Virus record (IMG/VR): IMGVR_UViG_3300034520_000378
DNA length: 64,000 nucleotides
Direction: 5' to 3' (one strand)
DNA from: a virus
Under the pieces are notes generated by a model. The model did no database searches and was not told the origin of the DNA. It saw only the letters and a list, made by a program, of their open reading frames with translations. This document shows positions 1-8,500 of the stretch, piece after piece (position 1 is the stretch's first letter; the number at the start of each line of letters is the position of its first letter). Made by a program: the position numbers and the translations under genes.

Positions 1-338
1 ATCTGCTTTTTCTGCAGGTTGGGCGTCCTGGTCTCTCCGGTGAGCGATTCTACATCACCAACGTTGACGAGCCCCACACTGGCGCGAACCGGACCAGTAG
101 CCAGGCCAACAGCGAACGCGCCGCCCAATACCGTTGGCGTTACCCATCTCCTGTATGCAAAGCCCAAAGCGTTGTCAGCAGGCTTGATGAACAACGGCTT
201 AACACGCGTCGCGACATTCAATACGTCGTCTGCTACACTGGTCGTATCTTTGAATACGTCACCAAGAAAACGCCGCGCACCGGATGCGGTATCAAAGATC
301 TTGTCCAGCGTCCGCCCAATCGCAGCACCAGCACCCAT
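1..338 (-). CDS. hypothetical protein, runs off left edge
   Basis: ATG at 338 after AAGGAG RBS; open frame MGAGAAIGRTLDKIF...; co-oriented with upstream genes; not in ORF track. Confidence 0.6.
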   Translation of the reverse strand, partial: MGAGAAIGRTLDKIFDTASGARRFLGDVFKDTTSVADDVLNVATRVKPLFIKPADNALGFAYRRWVTPTVLGGAFAVGLATGPVRASVGLVNVGDVESLTGETRTPNLQKKQ

Positions 339-362
339 TTAAACCACTCCTTCAGTCAACAA

Positions 363-1007
363 TTACACAAACGGTATACCAGCTATATCAAATTCACCTT
401 CTCTGTTGTGGAACATACCGCCACCACCGGTTATCGCCCTGCCAAGAGTGCCTAACCCCATAAGACCTCCAGCAGTTATACCCATTCTGATACCCCAAGC
501 ACCCCAGTCACGATGACGCGTAACAGGATCCACCATCTTGGGCGAAAACCATGCTTTGGCACCTGCGCCTAAACTGCTGCGTATCGCCTTTACCCGCTGT
601 GCAGCAGCGGCATTAGCAGCAGCAGTTGCTTGAGAAATGTTATCCTTCAACACGTCGGCAAAATACTCAAGAGTGTCAATGTCGCCAGGGCCATAAGTCC
701 TGCCCAGCAACTCAATGGCGTCTGTGCCACCCTTTTTGAAGTAATCAATAGCGTTTTGAAAGTACTTGAGCAGCCCTTTATCTTCGCCCAGCTTTTCTAT
801 GCTCTTCTTTAGCTGCTCTCCCGCTATCTTTCCGCCCTGCTTCTGCCACGCCTGTGCTACGTTGTCGGCTACGTCACCAAACACTCTGCGAAACTTGTCA
901 TTGCTGGCAATCTCATGAGGCAACCCTTTAAGATCGTCAGCAACCGCCCTCGCCATACGTTGAGCCCTTGCAAAGCTGTTAGCAGCTATTGTTCCTATTC
1001 GCGCCAT
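363..1007 (-). CDS. hypothetical protein with C-terminal Gly-rich hydrophobic segment
   Basis: ORF 363..1067; start moved to ATG 1007 following GGAGGGG RBS. Confidence 0.7.
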   Translation of the reverse strand: MARIGTIAANSFARAQRMARAVADDLKGLPHEIASNDKFRRVFGDVADNVAQAWQKQGGKIAGEQLKKSIEKLGEDKGLLKYFQNAIDYFKKGGTDAIELLGRTYGPGDIDTLEYFADVLKDNISQATAAANAAAAQRVKAIRSSLGAGAKAWFSPKMVDPVTRHRDWGAWGIRMGITAGGLMGLGTLGRAITGGGGMFHNREGEFDIAGIPFV

Positions 1008-1029
1008 ATCGTCCCCTCCACACGCATAG

Positions 1030-1701
1030 TTAGTTTGACTGCACGTCAATGATGTTAAAAAGCCCAAGCTCCTTAGCCTTGGCTATAACATCCGCAGCAA
1101 CGGAGCTGGGGTCTTTGCCCCTGAATGATGCGTTCTTGTCCTTCCTGGTTGAGTTCAAAAGCTGCAGTATCCTGTGCCGCTCCTTCCTGAGCTTTTCCTT
1201 GTACTCTACAGCACGGGCTATCTCCGGTTTCGTAAACTCCATGCCGTCCTCGGTAACAAATACCGGAACCTCTTCAACAAACTCCGGCCGCGCAGCCATG
1301 TAGTGATCGGCCCGCATAAGCTGTATGTCAAGGTCGATAAGCTCCTTGATAAGCGTGAGATCCACTATATCTTCTTCGGTTATCTCAAGGTGCTTGCAGT
1401 ATTTGTCAAACAGAACGATGATTGTGGCTATTTCTATTGGACAGCGGCCGCGCTGCTGCGGCCTGTCATCCGGTGCAATATAGCACGTCTCCACATATGG
1501 ACATTTCTCACCGCGGCATATCATAGGCACCTGCGCCAGTATGCCATGCTTCACGCGGGTTATGGCACCCGCTTTGTTTATGCCGCGCTTTGATGCCTCG
1601 TCTATCCCCCACACCTCTGCTATAAGAGCGGCATTGGGACTGCTCAGCGCTTTCATCGTTTCGTCACTGAGAGGTACCAAGTCTTCAGCCAAATCTGTCA
1701 C
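1030..1701 (-). CDS. Cys-cluster phage protein, function unknown (possibly DNA packaging related)
   Basis: 223-aa ORF with C-x4-CP-x4-C...RCPIE cluster and helical C-terminus; operonic. Confidence 0.55.
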   Translation of the reverse strand: MTDLAEDLVPLSDETMKALSSPNAALIAEVWGIDEASKRGINKAGAITRVKHGILAQVPMICRGEKCPYVETCYIAPDDRPQQRGRCPIEIATIIVLFDKYCKHLEITEEDIVDLTLIKELIDLDIQLMRADHYMAARPEFVEEVPVFVTEDGMEFTKPEIARAVEYKEKLRKERHRILQLLNSTRKDKNASFRGKDPSSVAADVIAKAKELGLFNIIDVQSN

Positions 1702-1704
1702 CCC

Positions 1705-2952
1705 TTACAACCGCACTTCCTTGCGTATAGACATCCTGCTTATGCGGTTCCGATCGTCATACTCATATGTAGTCGTTATAACAAGGTTGCCCTCCGTCTC
1801 AATCTCGGCCACCCTGTTCCCTTTTTCGTCATACAGGAACTCGATTGTCTTGTTTATCTGACCAGACCACGTCTCACGTATCACGCGGTCGTTTTCGTCA
1901 TACTCAATCATGATGTCCACATTACAGTCAGCAAGCCGAGAGTTGAGCCTGTGTGAAAGAGAGGTGTAACCACCAGCACAAGCAGCGCTCTCGATGTCCA
2001 CGCCATCCACAATAAAGTGGATCCGCTCTCCACCAAGGAACGGATCGTTAAACTGTACGGTGTACTCGTCCACCTCTACGTAGTCGTTGTCGCTGCCCGG
2101 TGTGTAAAGCACGCCGTTAACAAAAACCCTGAGCCTGCCGGTACCATACGGATACGGATAAGCAAGATGGAATACCGTCTGCTCAGGTTCGGCTGTGTGT
2201 ACCTCGGTAAAACCCATGCCAGGAACGGCATTCTCTACCAGAAACCGGACCACAGCACCCTGGGGAAGCGGATAGTTAAAACGGACCGTGTGCGCGTCCA
2301 CTTCCACATAGTCATCCTGCTCGCCGCATCCCATGAGAAGACCGTCAACAAAGACGCGCAGCTTGCCAGCGCCAACCGGATACTTGTGCTGCAGGACAAA
2401 TTCCTGCTGGCCTTCCTGCGCTACGTATACCTCGCTAAACGTGTATCCGATCGCTCCTGCTTCGATGGCATCCAGCCTTTGCCCTAGAGAGTCATACGCT
2501 CCCCGCGCCTCGTATATCTCCTTGGTCACGCCACCCTTCTGAAGAAAAGGGCGCATGTCCTCAATACTTACAGAACCAGCTGAACACGATACCCTGCCAA
2601 GAAGCAGCTTGTCCGCAGCATCAAGAGGAGCATCGCTGTAAGAAACTACACCATCTTCACCAAGGTATATGTAATACCATTGCCCGTCAGCCGCGCCGTC
2701 TATCCTGAGAACAACATCGCTCCTCGTCAGGACAGGCGTCTCGTTGATAAAAGCCAGCCCCGGCGCAATGGTTACAACTATGCCGCCATTATCAAGCACT
2801 GCTTCCGTTATCTTGTAGTCAGCAAGCAGATTGCTCCCTATATCGTCAAGGCGCGCCTTGAGCGTGCTGTACTGCCCGCGCGCCTCCACTACCTCGTTAT
2901 AAACACTATCCAGTTTGGGGCTGTTGAGCTGAAACTCTCCTATCCTGCGCAT
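1705..2952 (-). CDS. putative virion tail/baseplate-associated protein with duplicated beta domains
   Basis: two EARG..SL..RLD motifs, two ~70-aa repeats (LRVFV(D/N)G..DYVEVD..TV.FN.P) and a YD-repeat-like C-terminus. Confidence 0.6.
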   Translation of the reverse strand: MRRIGEFQLNSPKLDSVYNEVVEARGQYSTLKARLDDIGSNLLADYKITEAVLDNGGIVVTIAPGLAFINETPVLTRSDVVLRIDGAADGQWYYIYLGEDGVVSYSDAPLDAADKLLLGRVSCSAGSVSIEDMRPFLQKGGVTKEIYEARGAYDSLGQRLDAIEAGAIGYTFSEVYVAQEGQQEFVLQHKYPVGAGKLRVFVDGLLMGCGEQDDYVEVDAHTVRFNYPLPQGAVVRFLVENAVPGMGFTEVHTAEPEQTVFHLAYPYPYGTGRLRVFVNGVLYTPGSDNDYVEVDEYTVQFNDPFLGGERIHFIVDGVDIESAACAGGYTSLSHRLNSRLADCNVDIMIEYDENDRVIRETWSGQINKTIEFLYDEKGNRVAEIETEGNLVITTTYEYDDRNRISRMSIRKEVRL

Positions 2953-3264
2953 TACGGCACCCCTGCTTTGCAATAGCCTCTCTTATACGTATATACCTGC
3001 TCATGCACAGGCGAATGTTGCCGTGACGGCTTATTTGATGGTATAATATGACTGTGAAACACATAGAATCAGGGAGTGATGCGAAGAGATTGCATTCTGC
3101 CCCGATAGCGACCTGCCCACCGCCCAATAGACGACCTGCTCGACGCCGTCTACTCGCTCACCGGCCGGCGCTACACATGGTACTACGACCCGCCAACTAA
3201 TACGCTGTACATCAACTCCACAGCCGGCGGCCTGCCGCTCTTCCAGGGCAGGTGAAAGACACAC

Positions 3265-3303
3265 AAAAAGCCCCCGGGAGAAACTCCTCCCGGGGGCTTT
3301 TTT
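3265..3303. terminator. rho-independent terminator, potentially bidirectional
   Basis: AAAAAGCCCCCGGGAG-aaactc-CTCCCGGGGGCTTTTTT. Confidence 0.8.
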
Positions 3304-3305
3304 GT

Positions 3306-3325
3306 GCGCGCCCGGCATGGGCGAT
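3306..3325 (+). mobile_element. group IIC intron 5'-end remnant
   Basis: GCGCGCCCGGCATGGGCGAT directly after terminator T-tract, the canonical IIC target context. Confidence 0.55.
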
Positions 3326-3349
3326 GAGGAAGGACTGAACGTCAGGAGA

Positions 3350-3564
3350 CTACGGTACGTACGGTATACAGCAGTTCGTTAGGATTGATGTACTACTTGA
3401 TATCTCGCACATCATTTCTTCCATCTCCTGACGCCGTTGATACACTATGCGCTTCCACTGTTTCTTGTGATTTCATCTCTTCCTTCAGCGGTTCAACTAG
3501 TGGTTCCAACTAGCAAGCCTACAGCGGACTTTCACCGCCTAGTTATCACTCATGCCGGACGCAC
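3350..3564 (-). mobile_element. internally deleted group IIC intron remnant (no RT ORF)
   Basis: minus strand begins GTGCGTCCGGCATGAGTGATAACTAGGCGGTGAAAGTCCGCTG right after the flagellin terminator; degenerate domain-V-like GAACTGCTGTATACCGTACGTAC near 3355-3377. Confidence 0.7.
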
Positions 3565-3572
3565 ACGAAATA

Positions 3573-3595
3573 GGCCAGAGGGTTTTCCTCTGGCC
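3573..3595 (-). terminator. flagellin terminator hairpin
   Basis: GGCCAGAGG/CCTCTGGCC stem 15 nt after flagellin stop. Confidence 0.75.
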
Positions 3596-3610
3596 CTTTC
3601 TCTTTTATGC

Positions 3611-4849
3611 TTACCTGAGTAACTGCAGTACCGCCTGAGGTAGCTGATTGGCCTGGGCAAGCATGGCCGTTGCAGCTTGCTGCAGGATACTCTGCTTGGT
3701 GAATTCCATCATTTCCTTTGCCATGTCTACGTCGCGGATGCGGGACTCGGCTGCGGTCAGGTTTTCGGCTGCTACGGATAGGTTGTTGATGGTATGTTCG
3801 AGGCGGTTCTGGTATGCACCAAGTTTGGAACGTTCTGCAGATACCGTATCAATTGCAGCTTGAATTTTAGTAACCGCATTAGCGGCGTTGGTGGCATTGC
3901 TTACATCTAAAGCGTACTCTACAGCTGTATTATTTGTTCCGTTAGTTACAGTCATGCTTGAAGTAAACCCACTACTACCCGTGTTGCTACTAATGCCCAA
4001 GGCAGACGCCCGCATGTCAGATAGATCCAGAGTCATAGTCTGGTTTTCATTAGCACCGATTTGCATTATAAAAGAAGAAGATTTAGCAGGAGTCGGGTTA
4101 TAAATACCTGGTGTTAAACCTATTGCTGATAGACTACCTGAGGTAGGAGTTTTAATTTCAATGCTGTCGGTAGTATTGCTTGCGGTAATCACTAACGCAT
4201 TGCCGCTCTTAGTAACAGTTGCGGCACCCGATAAGGCTGTATTTAGATCGGTGACCAAGGTATCAATGGTATTAGTTGACCCATCATAATTCTTGTTCAA
4301 GGCAACGGTCTTTGTTGTACCGCCTATAACAACATCAAAAACCAAGTTTGTAGTAGAAAAATCTGTACTTGTGCCCAAAGTGATGGTAGTACCAGTTACA
4401 GTAGCCGCTGTTCCCGCTGTTACCGTACCTGCCGTAGCATTAAGAAGTTTCTGGGTGTTAAATTCTGTAGTATTGGCTATGCGGTTGATTTCAGATGTAA
4501 GTTGGTTAATTTCCTTCTGGATTTCTGCACGGTCTTTATCGGTATTGGTATCATTACCAGCCTGGATAGCCAATTCCCTCATACGTTGGAGAATGCTGTG
4601 GACTTCGTTCAGCGCACCTTCGGCAGTCTGTATCATAGAAATAGCATCTTGGGCATTTCGTACCGATTGATTTAAACCTCTAATCTGAGCGCGCATCTTC
4701 TCGCTTATCGCCAGACCTGCCGCATCATCGCCGGCACGATTAATCCTGAGGCCCGATGAGAGTTTCTCCAGCGACTTCTGAAGTGAAGAGTTGTTGATGG
4801 AAAGCTGCCTGTACGCATTAAGCGCACTTATGTTTTGGTTAATCCTCAT
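3611..4849 (-). CDS. fliC: flagellin
   Basis: N-terminal MRINQNISALNA..LEKLSSGLRINRAGDDAAGLAISEKMRAQ and C-terminal RIRDVDMAKEM..QANQLPQAVLQLLR; Thr/Ser-rich variable core. Confidence 0.98.
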   Translation of the reverse strand: MRINQNISALNAYRQLSINNSSLQKSLEKLSSGLRINRAGDDAAGLAISEKMRAQIRGLNQSVRNAQDAISMIQTAEGALNEVHSILQRMRELAIQAGNDTNTDKDRAEIQKEINQLTSEINRIANTTEFNTQKLLNATAGTVTAGTAATVTGTTITLGTSTDFSTTNLVFDVVIGGTTKTVALNKNYDGSTNTIDTLVTDLNTALSGAATVTKSGNALVITASNTTDSIEIKTPTSGSLSAIGLTPGIYNPTPAKSSSFIMQIGANENQTMTLDLSDMRASALGISSNTGSSGFTSSMTVTNGTNNTAVEYALDVSNATNAANAVTKIQAAIDTVSAERSKLGAYQNRLEHTINNLSVAAENLTAAESRIRDVDMAKEMMEFTKQSILQQAATAMLAQANQLPQAVLQLLR

Positions 4850-4875
4850 GAATCATACCTCCTTGTATTATTGTT

Positions 4876-4895
4876 CTCCCCGGTCCTTCGGGGAG
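4876..4895 (-). promoter_or_regulatory. CsrA-binding hairpin in flagellin 5' UTR
   Basis: CUCCCCG-AAGGAC-CGGGGAG hairpin with ANGGA loop; second ANGGA overlaps the SD (ACAAGGAGG). Confidence 0.7.
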
Positions 4896-4944
4896 TAGTT
4901 TTGTTTGACAATCAGACCGGTCTGAATTGTCTTTTCACCATAAT

Positions 4945-4971
4945 ATATCGGCATACAGAGAGATAACTTTA
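4945..4971 (-). promoter_or_regulatory. sigma28 (SigD/FliA) promoter of flagellin
   Basis: TAAA-N15-GCCGATAT consensus match. Confidence 0.9.
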
Positions 4972-5073
4972 GGGCCACTCGATCAAATTGACCACCGTTT
5001 TTGACGCTGACAGCCGAATATCCCCACAAATGTGCTGCTTTTCGTCGACTTTCAGCTTTTTTCGCGCAAATAC

Positions 5074-5235
5074 TTACTCCTCTTCGTATTCGTCCAGTTC
5101 AAGCCGGAGGACCTTTACATTGGGCGGTGCTTCAATACCGATCTTGACCTTGCTGCCGTCGATTTCGACTATTCGCACGATAACGTCTTTACCAATGCGG
5201 ACGCCTTCGTCCACCCTCCTCGTGACCACAAGCAT
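5074..5235 (-). CDS. csrA: carbon storage regulator CsrA, short 53-aa form
   Basis: manual translation MLVVTRRVDEGVRIGKDVIVRIVEIDGSKVKIGIEAPPNVKVLRLELDEYEEE; GGGAGGGG RBS; below ORF-track cutoff. Confidence 0.92.
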   Translation of the reverse strand: MLVVTRRVDEGVRIGKDVIVRIVEIDGSKVKIGIEAPPNVKVLRLELDEYEEE

Positions 5236-5267
5236 GTGTATACCCCTCCCTGGTTAGATTGCTATAT

Positions 5268-5296
5268 TACTTCTACATTCGTCGACAAATTCCTCC
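5268..5296 (-). promoter_or_regulatory. sigmaH-like promoter of csrA
   Basis: GGAGGAATT-N11-GTAGAAGTA. Confidence 0.55.
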
Positions 5297-5547
5297 CTGA
5301 TACGTAAACAAAGTCACGCCACATGCATAATCTTCAAGCGACGTGCTTCTTCAAACAAGCGCTGTTCAATAGCGCGCCTGTATTCCTCAGGCATGGGCGG
5401 CAGGTCTTTCCTCCTACTCGATTTTTGGCCCACCTCAGCAAGCACTAAGCTCAACAGCGCCGCTCTTTAGCCATTCCAAAACTCTGTGCGCCGCCTCATC
5501 AGTTAAGCCATAGTGGCCTGATATGCTTATCATCCTGCCTATGTAAG

Positions 5548-5576
5548 TAATTCGACGTCCACGCTAATTTTCCTCC
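5548..5576 (-). promoter_or_regulatory. sigmaH-like promoter upstream of two tiny ORFs and csrA
   Basis: GGAGGAAAA-N11-GTCGAATTA. Confidence 0.65.
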
Positions 5577-5590
5577 TTCAACTAGGAGCT

Positions 5591-8500
5591 TTAAGCGATA
5601 TCTAATGGTGGCAATCCTTCTATAATCTTCATTGTTTCAACACTTACTCGTACAAGCCGCTTGATAAGATCGATTATATAGCGCGGGTTGTCTTGCTCCT
5701 CAAGCCATTTATTTGGGTCGTTGATAATGCCGCTTTTTCTATCCCTAGAAACCTGGTAGCGTTCCATAACCCACTCGATTGCCGGTTTTCCGTTGACTAC
5801 ATATTCGTAGGCTTCAAGCGGAATCCCGCTAAGGGTAATGTTTTCATTGTAGATGATTGTTGTCTTGTCATCCTGGCGATCTCGTGTTTTTCTGAAGCGC
5901 ATCTTAGAAACCTTGTATGTAACCAAGTCATTAGGATCGCCCTTGATTTCTTCCTTCAGCGGCCACGGCTCAACTGTTTCGTAGTTAAGATGGAGTTCTG
6001 CAAGTCTGCGTCCAGCATTACTGAATGCCCAGAAGTCCCCTGCCGAAGATACGAACGGAATCCGGGGAAGCACCTTCTTTAGATCATTTCTGTAGCGTTC
6101 ACGGTACTCGGAGGAGTGCAGGAGACCGTAGATGTAGTAGAAGATATCCTCTTTTGTTACATCTCCGCCGTAGCGCTTACGGTATTCCTCCAGCGCCCAA
6201 TCAGTGATGTTCTCATTGCGGATGTAGCGATTCCCGGAAGGTGTAGTTATAACTTCGCTATCTGGATGGTTGTCAAAAATGCTAATGTTTTGGTTGGTGG
6301 ATTCAGTGACTCTTTCGTATATATAGAGTGGGAATACTTGAATATCACCAATAAGATGTAAATCAGGAATGTGGTTGACAATTAATGTAGAAAACTCTTT
6401 TGAACTTCCTGGTGCTCTTACAGTAATCGCGATGTTTTCGATGCCAGGTTCTGGGAAAATCTTATGTTGCGAAGACGTTCGATCATTAAATATACGACTA
6501 AAGTAAATGTTTATTTTAACAAATGGCCGATATACAGCGTTTCTAATTTCACCAGCCTCTTGAAAAGTATACTTCTTTCGTCTAAAAATTGCTGATTTTA
6601 AACTGCTTGACCAAGCAATTCTTCTATGATCATTGTTAATCATTGATTCTAAATTTTCACGTGTAATTAATCCGGAAATAACAAGATCAACATGCCGGTT
6701 AAATTCTTCGATTGTTCGCATCATGTTTTCTTTAAGAACTTCTTGCGAAAAATTATATGCCCACGTATCTCTGCTTGTACTTACTCCAGTGGAATACTCT
6801 ATGAAAATAACGTTTTTTGCTCTTGGAGATGAATCCTTACTTCTAATCTCTGGGAATGTCTCAAAGTCTTCACTCCGCTGATTGATCCAGTCATGTACCG
6901 AATTTGGCACAATGCGTTTCCATGCCACTCCGCGGATGTCCCCGTATGCCTGCAGGCGCGCCAGTTTTTCCTCCCGGCTCAGGTAGTCACCGATGTCGTG
7001 GTAATAAATCTCCGCTTGACCCGTTTTGGACTTATCTTTAACAAGAATGAGCAATGCCACACCCGCACGGCTGCCTTGACCAAAAATTTTACCGCCTTCT
7101 CTACGCCAGGCTTCACCAGAAAGACGTGCGTTCCCGCGAAGATTAAGGACATAAATCTTCGCAAACTCATCAGCCAGGCACTTGCGGAGACCGTTGGCAG
7201 CAGCGCCGTCGAGAAAACCGCTGTTGGTTACAAAAGCGATAATACCCTTATCTTCAATGCGGTCGGTAGCCATTCGAATAGCGCGGATGTAAGAATCATA
7301 TAGAGCAATCTTAAGACGAGCTGCCGAATGTGCAGCATAGGTTTGACGTATTTTTCTATCCAATCTAGGATATTTAACTGCTTTATTCCCGAGGTTTTCA
7401 TCCTCTTGCCATGCAAACCATGGCGGATTTGAGATAATCACGTTTATCCGCGCTTTTTTCTGCTTCTCCATTAGTTCTGTATACTGCTCTGGGAAAATCG
7501 ATATTTGCACAGCACTTCTAGACTCCATAAGCTGGAAAGAGTCAACTAAAAGTAAATTGCGGAACGGCACGTGCTCTCCCGTCAATTCATAATACGTGCT
7601 TTCAATATTGGCAAGGGCAATATAATAAGGCAAAAGCAGAATCTCGTTTCCCCAGATTTCACCAGCACAGTATTTCCTAACAAGAGCTTCAGGCGCGATC
7701 TGGTACAGCTGATACATAAGCCGCACAAGGAAAGTCCCTGTTCCAGCAAATGGTTCAAGTATAACTACATTTTCGTCTGAAAGACTTGTGCCAAATTCAG
7801 CCTGTAAAACTGCTTCGGTACTTTTCACAAGGAAGTCTACAACCTCTACAGGAGTATAAACAATTCCTAAACGGTCGGCTGTCTTCGGGAAAGCGATTTT
7901 GAAGAAAGTGTCGTAGAGCTGACGCAGAAAGTCCTGCCGCTCGGCTTCTTTATCCAGTCCTCTAGCCCGCACCTTTATAAGCCGGTAAAATTCCTTCAAG
8001 GCTTGAGTCTCTCTATCGACGAATACTTCAAAAATACTGGCTAAGCTATCAAAACTGCGGGCAATGGGATTTTCTTTTAGGAATTCGTATTCATCAAAGA
8101 TCGCGTCAAAGATTGGTTTTGTGACTATGTGCTGCACCAGCATACCGCGAGCTTCTTCTTCGGTAATGGAAGGATTGATAATGCTGCGGAGCGCAGCCAA
8201 AAAGCCGGCAAACGCCTCACGGGTCTTTCTGCCGTATTCGCCGTCATGCTGCAATGCATCTGCGATATGTCGTTCAAGGCGAGCTGTTGCTGAAGCAACG
8301 TCCTTGGCCCACGTCTCTAGATAAGCACGTTCACCCACACGCTCAACCATCCTGCCGAGAATAGCATCGTAAAGCTCATCCTCAAAGTCAAAAGATAACT
8401 GCTCACCCCCGCTGGCTATAACAATGACATCATCGTCTGTGTATATCGTCTGGTCTCTTCCTCCTTTATTATGCGTCCGCCGGATATGCAGTTCTCTAAC

